A stretch of DNA of 62,052 nucleotides, the filler included. It is 8 parts of 8 records of this genome, joined end to end, with 100 filler letters (N's around TTAATTAATTAA, not from the genome) between each part and the next. Parts side by side here need not be neighbours in the genome. Positions count along the whole stretch, not along the records: positions 5,485 to 19,498 come from SRR31156797_68843; positions 19,599 to 28,281 come from SRR31156797_68886; 6 more parts are not named here. The stretch is one strand, 5' to 3'. The translations under genes were made by a program, and so were the position numbers. The notes beneath the pieces were generated by a model that did no database searches, was not told the origin of the DNA, and saw only the letters and a list, made by a program, of their open reading frames with translations. This document shows, one piece after another, positions 17,896 to 27,680 of the stretch; the first letter of the stretch is position 1; every line of letters begins with the position of its first letter.

Positions 17896-19229
17896 AGCTG
17901 AAACTTAAAAACTCAATGGCAACAAAGCTTATTGTCATGTACATGGCGTCTTCATTTGTCGTCCTTACTTCATTTGCTTTAATTGTTCAGTATTCAATTA
18001 AACATCATTTTTATCAGCAAGATTACAAACGGCTCGACAACTATTATCATACGGTTTTTTCCTCGTTTGATAGTTTAAGTGATAATGCTATTACAGCGTT
18101 AAAGGCCGAGTCGGTTTCCTTGTGGGTGTTAGACCGGAATGGCATGACTGTGTTAACAAACACGACGTTATCTCTGCCCGAGAATGCAAAAAAGCTAAAA
18201 TCGATGGAATGGACGGTCGGTGGACAAACATATCGCACTTTCCTGTTTCAGCTAAAGCATCCACAATACGGCGCCATTGTACTTGGACTCAATATTGACC
18301 TCCATCTCTTATTTATTAGTCAATTTAATATTGTTCTGCTGTGGACGTTTGTCATAACGAGCGTGATATCAGGGGTGTATGCGGTGTTTATTGTTCACAA
18401 AGGCCTAAAGCCTCTGCACGTTTTACAGAAGTATCTGAGTAAAGTTAGCCCTAATCGGCTGGATATCAGAGTTCCGGTTGAAACACTTCCTATAGAGCTA
18501 GTGCAACTGGTTGAAACACAAAATGAAATGCTGAAACGCTTACAGCATGGCTTCAACAGGCTGAGTGAGTTTTCTTCCGATATTGCACACGAACTCCGAA
18601 CTCCGTTAACCAACATTATGACCCAGACGCATGTCACGTTATCTTCAAAAAGAACAGTGGAGGAATATGAAGAAATACTCCTTTCCAATGTGGAGGAATT
18701 GGAAAGGCTGAACAAGACCATACAAGATACACTTTATTTGGCTAAGTCTGAAAATCATTTACTTCATACTAATAAAGAGATGCTACAATTAGCAGAAGTT
18801 ATCAGGCCACTGCTTGAATTTTATGAATTTATGGCTGACGAAAAGGAAGTTTGTTTAGAGTTACGTGGAGATAGCGAGCAGTTTGGGGATAAACAGATGC
18901 TGCAACGTGCAGTGGGAAATATTATTTCTAACGCGCTGAGGCATTGTGATGTTGGCTCTGTGGTATCCATACAGCTTTCAGAAGGTGAAGAATACAATTC
19001 TATCAAGATAAAAAATACCGGAGAGACAATTCCGGAAAGTTCTTTACCCTATCTGTTTGACCGATTTTATCGAGCAGATAAATCCAGACAGCATAGCAGA
19101 AGTATTGGTGCGGGGCTTGGTTTAGCTATTACCCGATCTATTGTCCAGGCGCATGGTGGTGAAATCACTGTATCTTCCAGTGAAAGAGTCACTGAGTTTA
19201 CTCTGACAATGAAAAAGGGTGAGGTCTAA
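17892..19229 (+). CDS. cusS: Heavy-metal sensor histidine kinase CusS/CopS
   Basis: HF..QD periplasmic motif, [31 protein letters not shown]; overlaps the cusR stop. Confidence 0.9.
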   Translation: MKLKLKNSMATKLIVMYMASSFVVLTSFALIVQYSIKHHFYQQDYKRLDNYYHTVFSSFDSLSDNAITALKAESVSLWVLDRNGMTVLTNTTLSLPENAKKLKSMEWTVGGQTYRTFLFQLKHPQYGAIVLGLNIDLHLLFISQFNIVLLWTFVITSVISGVYAVFIVHKGLKPLHVLQKYLSKVSPNRLDIRVPVETLPIELVQLVETQNEMLKRLQHGFNRLSEFSSDIAHELRTPLTNIMTQTHVTLSSKRTVEEYEEILLSNVEELERLNKTIQDTLYLAKSENHLLHTNKEMLQLAEVIRPLLEFYEFMADEKEVCLELRGDSEQFGDKQMLQRAVGNIISNALRHCDVGSVVSIQLSEGEEYNSIKIKNTGETIPESSLPYLFDRFYRADKSRQHSRSIGAGLGLAITRSIVQAHGGEITVSSSERVTEFTLTMKKGEV

Positions 19230-19316
19230 ACGAGCATAGTCAGATTTTTTCATTGAATCTGTTTTGTTGCGTGTATTGTTGTCTAGCTTAAACTAAGAAC
19301 CTATTGACTCCGCTTC

Positions 19317-19371
19317 ATGACATTATTGTCATATTTCAGTCAGATAAAAATCAGTATGTATCCTTTATTCT
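19317..19371 (+). promoter_or_regulatory. CusR/CopR box 5 with -10
   Basis: ATGACATTATTGTCAT (19317-19332), N6-GTCAG, TATTCT 33 nt after the box. Confidence 0.8.
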
Positions 19372-19377
19372 AACCTT

Positions 19378-19474
19378 GTTCTCATAATTAATTGGTTCGA
19401 TGAGAACGTTAAAGCAATAGTACTTTTTTCATTTCTTATTCATTTTATGCTGAGTGTCAACTCAGCATTTTTTT
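19378..19474 (+). ncRNA. Candidate CusR-induced sRNA B (about 97 nt)
   Basis: 5' stem GTTCTCAT/ATGAGAAC begins at the predicted TSS; U-rich linker; terminator ATGCTGAGT-GTCA-ACTCAGCAT-TTTTTT. Confidence 0.55.
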
Positions 19475-19598
19475 GCTCTCCAATTACTTCCCAATAGANN
19501 NNNNNNNNNNNNNNNNNNNNNNNNNNNNNNNNNNNNNNNNNNTTAATTAATTAANNNNNNNNNNNNNNNNNNNNNNNNNNNNNNNNNNNNNNNNNNNN

Positions 19599-20319
19599 CG
19601 AAGCCCCGGCTCTCGGCCAGGCGCCTCAGGGTTTTTCTGGAGAAGAGGAACAGATGGTCGGCGATCACCGACCGCCAGCGCTCTGCGAAGAGACGGGCCT
19701 GGAAACCCGAGCTGTTGGGTGTGGCGCAGAGGCAGTAGCCCCCGGGCTTGAGGATCCTGTACAGCTCGGATATAAACTCGTCGGGTCTGTTCAGGTGCTC
19801 GATGACATGGGAACTGTGTACGAAGCGGAAGCTCTCATCCGGAAAGGCGGCGTCCTCAAGGGTTCCCGGATGGATCGTGATATTGTAGCGCTCATTCCCC
19901 CAGGCAGCGGCCTCGCGGCAGACCTCGACACCCCGGGCCTCCCAGCCCCTGTCGTTCAGCCAGGAGCCCAGTCGGCCCGTGGCACAGCCTATGTCAAGGA
20001 AGCTGCCGTCATCCCCGTTATCCCTCCTCGCTTTTTCTCCCCAGTCGAAGAAGCGGATGTCCGCAAGCCCCAGAAGCATCAGCTTCAGAAAGGCCTCTTC
20101 GTTCTCCGTTTCATAGCCGAAGTATTCGCCGTCATATCTCTCCAGGACATCCTCGGCCAGGGGCTGGGGATTCTGCAGCACCAGTCCGCAACGGTCGCAT
20201 CGCACCCAGCGGCCCTGATCGGCGTCCCAGTGGGGAGAGAAGTCCTCAGAACCGCAGCAGGGGCAGCCGATGGAAGCCGATCGCTCGCCCTCGGCGGGCT
20301 TTTTGGAGAAGGTTTTCAT
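19599..20319 (-). CDS. Class I SAM-dependent methyltransferase with N-terminal Zn ribbon (3' truncated)
   Basis: CPCC...CDRC, LDIGCATG, HVIEHL, LKPGG. Confidence 0.85.
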
Positions 20320-21170
20320 CGGTACACCTCCACCGTATAGGAACGGCTGCTTTCGTTGCCCTGAATATCCGTCAGAGAGATCTCCAGATCCGATTGCCCG
20401 GAGGTCAGGTTGACAGTCCCCAGATAGACGTAGTCCTTCCGGCCGAAAACGGAATCGACGGACTGGCCGTCCTTGAAGGCAAGGCCGTTCTCATCCTGCC
20501 TGACCGCGTCAAGCCGGCGCTCCAGCATCAGGCTCCCCAGATTATAGAGCGAATAGGCATAGGGCATCCGGACCAATCCCTTTCCATAGGGATCGCTTCC
20601 ATCCACATAGACGCCGTACCTCCCCGTCTTGAGGGAGAGCTCGTCTCCAAGCTCGTACTCTTCGCTTCCCCGGACCAACAGCACCGACCGGATCGAGGGC
20701 GGGGCTTTATCCTCAATCGAAGGGAGCAGAACAAAAGGGTTAACAAGCTGATTCAGCTGGGCGTCGCGAATCGTAAAACGACAGGATCCGGGTTCGCCGC
20801 TGCCGTCGGGGGCCTTCAGAAACTCCCCCACAGAGAGCCTCTCCCTGTCCGGCCGGAGCTCCCGCTCATCTATCCCGCTGTAGATGGACTGAAAGCCGTT
20901 CTCATGTTCCAGAACGAGGATGGCCTCACCCGCACCCGGAAGGGCCCCGAAGTCATCGGGAGCGTAGCGAAACACCACCTCACCCGTATCGAAGGGGCGC
21001 ATGGACTCATAGCCCTCGAACACCACAAAGGGTTCGGCGCCGCCTTCCCCTTCGCCCCCGTCATCGAGGAAGGAGGAGGTCATGCTGCCGACGGCCACAG
21101 GCCACTGCAAAGCGAAAACTCCGGATCCGGCCATAAGAAACAGAACGCAAACCAGGCTCTTTTTAATCAT
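20316..21170 (-). CDS. Spirochaete exported protein with degenerate M23-like fold
   Basis: Signal peptide, LQWPV...SSF, GEVVF, LEHENGFQSIY, LVNP; the HxxxD/HxH zinc ligands are not evident. Confidence 0.5.
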   Translation of the reverse strand: MIKKSLVCVLFLMAGSGVFALQWPVAVGSMTSSFLDDGGEGEGGAEPFVVFEGYESMRPFDTGEVVFRYAPDDFGALPGAGEAILVLEHENGFQSIYSGIDERELRPDRERLSVGEFLKAPDGSGEPGSCRFTIRDAQLNQLVNPFVLLPSIEDKAPPSIRSVLLVRGSEEYELGDELSLKTGRYGVYVDGSDPYGKGLVRMPYAYSLYNLGSLMLERRLDAVRQDENGLAFKDGQSVDSVFGRKDYVYLGTVNLTSGQSDLEISLTDIQGNESSRSYTVEVYR

Positions 21171-22213
21171 CAGCTTTTCCGCCTCGCCATCTTCATAATC
21201 CTCCCTCCTATGGAGAAGTAGATCCGATCATCCCCGAGGACGACGTCATCCGGCGGATTCGAGAAGGTCATGGAGCTGACCACAGCGCCTTCGGGGGTGT
21301 AAAAGTTCATCAGATATCTGGCGGCGCTGTTCTTCCGGCGCTCCTCTGTCAGGACCATAAGCTGGCCGTCCCCTTCCATGGCTCCCAGGGCCAGAAGCCT
21401 TCCCTCCTGAGGGATCTCAAGGACGCCCTCATCCGGACCGAGCTGAAGCACCATATCCTCCTGTTCCACCCAGAGCAGCCGTCCGTCCGGGGAATAGCTC
21501 ATCTTCACAGGACGGCTGAAACGGCTTTCCAGCGTCCGCGCCTCCCCGAGGGCCGTCAGAGTCCCAAGTTCGTACTCCCTTACACGCTGTTCATCCAGCC
21601 CGGACAGAACGGAAAACCGGTCTCCTCCGGGGGAGAGGGCCAGGCCGTAGATTATGCCGTCCCCACCGACCTCTTCGGCTTCGATCTCACGCCTCAGACC
21701 GCTCCTGTCGAAGATCTGCACCGAACCGTCCAGAAGCCCCAGAACCGTTGCGTTTTCCCCTGCATCGAAGGCCGTTACGGGCCCCAGGGCCTGCCAGTTC
21801 CAGAGTTCCCGGCCCCGGCCGTCATACTCCCGTATGCGCCCCTTCCAGAGGTCGACGAGAAAGATGCGGGAGTTCCGTATCAGGGCCTGCCCCTCCCCCT
21901 GGACAGGGTATCGGGTTCCCTGTTCAAAATCTTTCAGTACAAATCCCGCGCCCTCTCTGTAGAGGTAATACCTCTCGGTCAGCACGGCGTTCCCCGCGGG
22001 CACCGGCAGAAAGGGATCGGAAGCGTCCTCAGTGAAAAGCGCCTTTTGCGCGCCCCTGGAAATGACCAGGTCCTCCCGGGGCAGAGCATTCGACGAGAGC
22101 GACCAGGCCCGGTCCGGCATAAGGGTAAACTCGGCGCCTCCCTCCCGGGGAAATAAAAAATAATAGAATGTAAAAAAGACGATAATCAAAGGCAGAAAAA
22201 AGGTTTTATTCAT
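21170..22213 (-). CDS. Membrane-anchored beta-propeller (WD40-like) protein
   Basis: N-terminal TM; GLLDGSVQIFD, YGLALSPGG, YSPDG repeats. Confidence 0.55.
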   Translation of the reverse strand: MNKTFFLPLIIVFFTFYYFLFPREGGAEFTLMPDRAWSLSSNALPREDLVISRGAQKALFTEDASDPFLPVPAGNAVLTERYYLYREGAGFVLKDFEQGTRYPVQGEGQALIRNSRIFLVDLWKGRIREYDGRGRELWNWQALGPVTAFDAGENATVLGLLDGSVQIFDRSGLRREIEAEEVGGDGIIYGLALSPGGDRFSVLSGLDEQRVREYELGTLTALGEARTLESRFSRPVKMSYSPDGRLLWVEQEDMVLQLGPDEGVLEIPQEGRLLALGAMEGDGQLMVLTEERRKNSAARYLMNFYTPEGAVVSSMTFSNPPDDVVLGDDRIYFSIGGRIMKMARRKS

Positions 22214-22309
22214 GCACGCTCTTCGCTTGGTTAACTTTGCATTTATATTATACTATGTATATAGAGCTGGTCAAACTGAGCGACCCTATCAATGAACCGG
22301 AGTACCGAT

Positions 22310-22714
22310 ATGAATACGACAGAATTAATGGCTGCGGCACGAAAGGCGGCTGAACGATCCTACTCTCCCTACTCTCATTTCAGAGTGGGAGCCGCCCTGC
22401 TGTGCAAGAACGGAGAGATTTTCACCGGAACCAATGTGGAGAACAGATCCTTCGGCCTGACCATATGCGCCGAAAGGAACGCCCTCTGCCGCGCCGTGGC
22501 CGAAGGCAACAATGATTTCGAAGCCCTTTTCATTTCCTGTCCCGACGCGGACTATCCCGTATCCCCCTGCGGAGCCTGCCGGCAGGTGATCAGTGAATTC
22601 GTCCCCGGGGATTTTCCCATCCACTTCCAGGGCGGAAAGGGAGAGATGGTCGTGCGGACCATGGAGCAGCTGTTTCCTGACGACGCCCTTTCCGAATTGA
22701 AAGAGCAGTCCTGA
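22310..22714 (+). CDS. cdd: Cytidine deaminase
   Basis: YSPYSHFRVGAAL, NVENRSFGLTICAERNA, SPCGACRQ. Alternative start at 22292. Confidence 0.95.
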   Translation: MNTTELMAAARKAAERSYSPYSHFRVGAALLCKNGEIFTGTNVENRSFGLTICAERNALCRAVAEGNNDFEALFISCPDADYPVSPCGACRQVISEFVPGDFPIHFQGGKGEMVVRTMEQLFPDDALSELKEQS

Positions 22715-22747
22715 GCAAAAGGTCGCCGGAAAGGGCGAACTCTCCCG

Positions 22748-23572
22748 TCAGCGGGAGAGCCTCTTCATCCTGGCGGCCTTCTCCGTCTGCTTGGCGTCGG
22801 CCTCCATCTTATGCTTCCAGATGTCGATCTTCTTCTTCAGCTCTTCAATCTCACGCTTCTGATTGGTAAGGGTCAGAAAGCGCTTGAGGGCGGCCAGGTA
22901 ATTGATCGCCTTCTTGAAATCGTCCATACGGTTGGTCGAGAGCTCATACTTCATCCGGTAGCTGTCTCCCGCGCTCTGCAGAAGACGGCATGTCCTCCTG
23001 AAATGTTCCACCCTCTCGCGGAAGCCCTCGGAGCGGGGATCCATTCCGGCGACGAATTTTTTCAGATCAATGATGTTCTTGGAAAGAGTGGCCACCCGGC
23101 CCTCCAGCTCGATGATGGACCACTTCCATTTTGAGTTCTCTCCGAATCCATCCTTAACCATCTGCACGGAGAACCCAAGCTTCCGGAGCAAAAGAAAGCG
23201 CTTCAGTTCCGGAAAATCCTGTACCGCTTCAATCCGGTCCGCATATTCGGAGTAAGGGACGTCCAGGTAATCGGAAAAGACATCTTCCATATAAATGACG
23301 ATTTTATAGCAGGCCTTTCTGGCATCGTTGAGAAAGTTCTCGTTTTTGATTCCCAGAAGATCCAGGGAGAGCTGGTTCATGATCAGAAAATTGGAGACGA
23401 CCGAAAGGTTGGACTCCGCCATCTCAAGCTTTCTGTAGGAGGCCTGTTCTCCATCGCTGCTGAGAGCGGCCTGGATCTTTCTCTCTTCCTTGAGAGTAAG
23501 GTCTATCTGGTTCTTATAGTCCCGTATCTTTTCAAAGTATCGGGTTCTTGCTTCTTCACTGACTTTGCCCAT
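22748..23572 (-). CDS. Conserved all-helical spirochaete hypothetical protein
   Basis: 274-aa ORF directly downstream of recN; LNDARK, NSKWKWS, YELST motifs. Confidence 0.7.
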   Translation of the reverse strand: MGKVSEEARTRYFEKIRDYKNQIDLTLKEERKIQAALSSDGEQASYRKLEMAESNLSVVSNFLIMNQLSLDLLGIKNENFLNDARKACYKIVIYMEDVFSDYLDVPYSEYADRIEAVQDFPELKRFLLLRKLGFSVQMVKDGFGENSKWKWSIIELEGRVATLSKNIIDLKKFVAGMDPRSEGFRERVEHFRRTCRLLQSAGDSYRMKYELSTNRMDDFKKAINYLAALKRFLTLTNQKREIEELKKKIDIWKHKMEADAKQTEKAARMKRLSR

Positions 23573-23583
23573 CTACAATACCT

Positions 23584-25266
23584 TTAAACCGATGCCCCTT
23601 TCAGCATCTGTTCGGCATGGGTAAGAGACGCGCTTCCCTCACTGTCCCCGGACAGCATTCTTGCGATTTCAGCGACCCTCTCGTTCCCTTCCAGAGAGAA
23701 CAAGTCCGTATGCGTGCGGTTTTCCCTCTCTGATTTTTTCACCTTTATATGATTATCGGCATAAACCGCGATTGACGCAAGGTGGGTTATACATAATATC
23801 TGGTGAAAGCCCGCCAGACCCTTCATATGCCGTCCTATGGAGGACGCCACCTCCCCGCCTATCCCCGCATCAATCTCGTCAAATACCAGAACGGGGATAT
23901 TGTCCGATCCCGCGAGAGCCGTCTTGACGGCCAGCATCACCCGGGAGAGTTCCCCCCCGGACGCCACGTTCCGAAGAGGCTTCGGGGGTTCGCCCCTGTT
24001 GGCGGAGAACAGGAATTCCACCCGGTCCAGACCGTTCATCCCGCACAGGGCCTGCCCCTGGTCGCCGGTTTTCTGGCTTATGTCGACGGAGAATGTTGCG
24101 GAAGGCATCCCCAGCGTGGTCAGAAGCTCGCGGATCTTTTTCTCCAGGCCGAGGGCCGTCTCCTTCCTCTTTTCCGAAAGCGTCCTGGCCCTGGCGATCA
24201 GCTCCTCCTCCAGGGCATCCCGTTCGGCGCTCATCGCCTCCAGACGATCGGCCGCGTTGTCCAGACGCTCCAGGGCCGATAGGCTCTCGGCCAGATGGTT
24301 CTGCACATCCTCGAACCCGGGTCCGTATTTCCGGCCTATCTTCCTGACTAGGGCCAGACGGTCCTCCAGGGCCTCTTTCTCTGCGGGGGTATAACTGATC
24401 TCGTCGCTTATGCCCGCCAGGGACTGGGCTATATCTTCCAGCTCGTAGAAGGCATCGTCGAAACGGCTTTTCAGCTCTCCCCTCTCAGGCTCCATCTCGG
24501 TCAGCCTTTCCACCAGAGGCTGAGCCTTGCTGAGTGCGGACAGGGCGCCGCCCCGGTTCTCGGGAAGGAGATCCATCAGAGCGTTCAGGAGGCCGTAGAG
24601 CTCCTGGGCCTGCTCCATGCGCCTGAGGACCTTCCGGAGCTCCTCCTCCTCTCCCTCCTTGAGCTCGGCCTCTTCGATCTCGTTCACGGCGAACTGAAGC
24701 AGCTCGATCTCTTTTTCACGATCCTCCTGAGCGGCCTTCAGTTCATCAATCCCGGCGCTCTTTTCCTTCAGAGCGCCGAAGAGCCGCTGAACCTCTCTGT
24801 TAATCCCCTCGAGCTTTCCGCTCTTATCCAGAAAGCGCCGATGCTGATCGATATAGAAAAGGGACTGATGGTCATGCTGCCCGTGGACGTCAACGAGAAG
24901 GCGCCCCAACTCGCCGAGATCGGAGAGAGTGAAGGGTCTGGACTGGATGTAGACGGCTCCGCGTCCCGTACTGCGGATCTTCCTCCGGATGATCAGGGTA
25001 TCCTCGGAAGGATCCAGATCATGATCCTCCAGCCAGCGGCCGATATCCTGTGAGCCGCAATGGAATACGGCGCTCACCTCGGCTTCGTCGCAGCCGGTGC
25101 GGATGGCCGTACTGTCGGCCTTGTTTCCCAGCACAAGCCCCAGAGCGCCGATAAGGACGGACTTTCCCGCCCCCGTCTCCCCGGTGAGGATATTCAGTTT
25201 CCCGGCGAAACGAACCCGGGTTTCTTCTATCAGAGCATAGTTTCTGATATACAGTTCTTCAATCAT
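23584..25266 (-). CDS. recN: DNA repair protein RecN
   Basis: TGETGAGKS, VHGQHDHQ, ASGGELSRVMLA, FDEIDAGIGG, CITH. Confidence 0.97.
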   Translation of the reverse strand: MIEELYIRNYALIEETRVRFAGKLNILTGETGAGKSVLIGALGLVLGNKADSTAIRTGCDEAEVSAVFHCGSQDIGRWLEDHDLDPSEDTLIIRRKIRSTGRGAVYIQSRPFTLSDLGELGRLLVDVHGQHDHQSLFYIDQHRRFLDKSGKLEGINREVQRLFGALKEKSAGIDELKAAQEDREKEIELLQFAVNEIEEAELKEGEEEELRKVLRRMEQAQELYGLLNALMDLLPENRGGALSALSKAQPLVERLTEMEPERGELKSRFDDAFYELEDIAQSLAGISDEISYTPAEKEALEDRLALVRKIGRKYGPGFEDVQNHLAESLSALERLDNAADRLEAMSAERDALEEELIARARTLSEKRKETALGLEKKIRELLTTLGMPSATFSVDISQKTGDQGQALCGMNGLDRVEFLFSANRGEPPKPLRNVASGGELSRVMLAVKTALAGSDNIPVLVFDEIDAGIGGEVASSIGRHMKGLAGFHQILCITHLASIAVYADNHIKVKKSERENRTHTDLFSLEGNERVAEIARMLSGDSEGSASLTHAEQMLKGASV

Positions 25267-26110
25267 AAGGCCTGCCCTTCCAGTTCAGCTTTTTCCTGAC
25301 AACCTCATAGAAATTCATGGTGGTGAAACTCAGCAGATCGGCGCTGCAGCCGTGTCTCCTGGTGACGACCTGGTCACCGGGCAGCAGCTCCACAACGATC
25401 TGTCCGTCCAGGGTCATGGCCAGATCGGTCCTCTGTTTGCTCCCGATCTCGATCGTAACCTCCTCGTCCGCCGGGATAACCAGGGGCCTGTTGGAGAGGG
25501 TGAAGGGATTGATGGGATTCACGATCATGGCGGCCAGTTCGGGGTGCAGTATGGGCCCCCCCGCCGCCAGGGAGTAGCCCGTCGATCCGGTGGAGGTGGA
25601 GAGAATGATCCCGTCGGACCTGTACTTGATGACCTCCTGGTTGGAGATGCCCACGTTCAGGTTCACAAGCTTCGCCATCCCCGTCGAGGTAATGACGCAG
25701 TCGTTGAGGCAACAGGCATTGAAGATGACATTGCCCCGGCGCTTCAGGGAGGTACTGAGCATAACCCTCCGGCTCAGGCCCATCTGTCCCTGTTCAAACA
25801 TCTCGAAGGCCCACTTCCACTCGGTGGGATTCACCTCGGCGAGAAAGCCGAAGGTACCCAGATTCACCGCCAGGATGGGCATCCCCAGGCCGGCGCAAAG
25901 GCGGGCGCTGTAGAGAACCGTGCCGTCCCCTCCCAGAACCATGACCAGGTCGGCCTCGGGAGGCGCCACCGCCTCGGGTTCTCCGGAGAAGCTGTGTTCA
26001 TGAACCGCGATATTCCGCTCCCGCAGAAAATCGCAGATATCGGAACGCAGCTCGTCCGCCCTTTTTTTAGAGAGATTGGTAATAAGGAAAACAGATGCTA
26101 CATCAGCCAT
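25259..26110 (-). CDS. nadK: NAD kinase
   Basis: GGDGTVL, NLGTFGFL, STGSTGYSLAAGGP, LDGQ; upstream of recN. Confidence 0.93.
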   Translation of the reverse strand: MADVASVFLITNLSKKRADELRSDICDFLRERNIAVHEHSFSGEPEAVAPPEADLVMVLGGDGTVLYSARLCAGLGMPILAVNLGTFGFLAEVNPTEWKWAFEMFEQGQMGLSRRVMLSTSLKRRGNVIFNACCLNDCVITSTGMAKLVNLNVGISNQEVIKYRSDGIILSTSTGSTGYSLAAGGPILHPELAAMIVNPINPFTLSNRPLVIPADEEVTIEIGSKQRTDLAMTLDGQIVVELLPGDQVVTRRHGCSADLLSFTTMNFYEVVRKKLNWKGRPYD

Positions 26111-26137
26111 AGAGATCCTTTCATCCTCGCGCCGGAG

Positions 26138-27163
26138 TCAGGGCAGAGTGGCCAGAATCCGGGCGATGCTTTCACAGTTGCTCTTGCCCAGGGACGGATA
26201 CAGAGGGAAGAGCAGGCAATTCAGAATAAGAGTTTCCGCCACAGGGCATACGATCATATCCCCCAGCTCCTCTTCGAGACAGCAGCCCTTGAAGGCCAGC
26301 GTGGTTTCCACATTCTTCTTCTGGGCGTACTTCTGAATCTCCCTCCTGTTTCCCTTGATCAGAACCGGAAGGGACGAACGGACGATCCGCTCATCCCCGG
26401 GGGTATGGAGACAACCGTGCTTTCCCTTCTGAAGGGATGCTATAAATAACTGATAAATCTCTTCCCGTAATTCAAAGGTTTTCTCAAATTCCCGAATCTG
26501 CGCGGCCCCCAGGGCCGCATTCATATCCGGCAGGAGTATGGTTCCGTCAAAACCGGCCGTTATTTCCGCAAGGCCGGACAGATGCTCCTTCCTTCTGAAA
26601 AGCAGGGCGGCCCCGCCTCCCGTGGTCACGAGATCCTGAGGCTCCAGGCGCATCACGACGGCATCGCCGATGGTTCCGGCGGGGAACTCGCCGTTGACTG
26701 AACCGAAATTCAGTGTGACGTCTTCGATCACCGGAACCCCAGGGTTCTCCCACTCTGAGAAATCCCATTGGTAACCGAACACCCCGCCCAGGACGACGGC
26801 GCCCGTGTTCTCCCCGGTTTTATCCAGGATATCATCCATATCCGGAACGGCCGTCGCCGGATTCACATCCACGAAGACCGGAACGAGGCCGAGCTTCTGA
26901 ATCACATGAAGATAGGTTCCGGGAGAGAGAGGAGAGAGTATGACCTCCGCCCCTTCGCTCAGCCCCAGAGCGCGAAAGCAGAGCTCCAGGGCCCTTTCGA
27001 ATTCCCTCAACAATAGGGAACCGGCCGCAGCGCAGTGCTGTATGAGGTATTCTGATAACTGATCTGAGTACTGCCCCGGGCCGATATGATCGGAAACCAT
27101 ACAGCTCAGGACGGCATCCATCTCCTTTCTCTTGATGGACGGCCTGTAAACGGGAATAGACAT
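26138..27163 (-). CDS. DegT/DnrJ/EryC1/StrS-fold protein, catalytic Lys apparently absent
   Basis: GLVPVFVDV, PVIED, LPDMNAALG, LFPLYPSL; the SFxxxK motif reads RLEPQD. Confidence 0.8.
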   Translation of the reverse strand: MSIPVYRPSIKRKEMDAVLSCMVSDHIGPGQYSDQLSEYLIQHCAAAGSLLLREFERALELCFRALGLSEGAEVILSPLSPGTYLHVIQKLGLVPVFVDVNPATAVPDMDDILDKTGENTGAVVLGGVFGYQWDFSEWENPGVPVIEDVTLNFGSVNGEFPAGTIGDAVVMRLEPQDLVTTGGGAALLFRRKEHLSGLAEITAGFDGTILLPDMNAALGAAQIREFEKTFELREEIYQLFIASLQKGKHGCLHTPGDERIVRSSLPVLIKGNRREIQKYAQKKNVETTLAFKGCCLEEELGDMIVCPVAETLILNCLLFPLYPSLGKSNCESIARILATLP

Positions 27164-27164
27164 A

Positions 27165-27638
27165 TCAGCTGCGTACGAGACTTATCTGCTGAAGTTCCTC
27201 AGGGTCGAAGAGGCGGCGGATATCGAGGATAATAAGATACCCCTCATCCTGATGGACGACCCCCTGGATGTACTCGGTTCCGATTCCGGAAATCATCTGG
27301 GGAGGCGGCTGGATCTGTCCATGGTCTATGGACACGACGCGGAGGACCTTGTCGATGATGATTCCCAGCTGCATTCCGTCCAGATTGATGATGATAAATC
27401 CGCTGAGAAGAGCCTCGTCCTCGCTGAGCTCAGCCTTCTTCAGATGGAAACGCTTATGGAGATTGATTACGGGTATGATATCGCCTCTGAGGTTGAATAT
27501 CCCTTCCACATAGGAGGGCGCATTGGGAATGTCTCGGACCTCCTGCACGCTGTAGATCTCTTTGACATCCATGATGTTGATTCCGTAGTTCTCAACCCCC
27601 AACTGGAAGGTAACCATTTGCAATGTTGTATCTGCCAT
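27165..27638 (-). CDS. cheW: Chemotaxis protein CheW
   Basis: YGINIMDVKEI, IPNAPSYVEGIFNLRGDIIPVINL, GIIIDKV. Confidence 0.95.
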   Translation of the reverse strand: MADTTLQMVTFQLGVENYGINIMDVKEIYSVQEVRDIPNAPSYVEGIFNLRGDIIPVINLHKRFHLKKAELSEDEALLSGFIIINLDGMQLGIIIDKVLRVVSIDHGQIQPPPQMISGIGTEYIQGVVHQDEGYLIILDIRRLFDPEELQQISLVRS

Positions 27639-27680
27639 TAAAAACTCCCAATCTCATTATGTTCTATTCTGATTCTAAAA

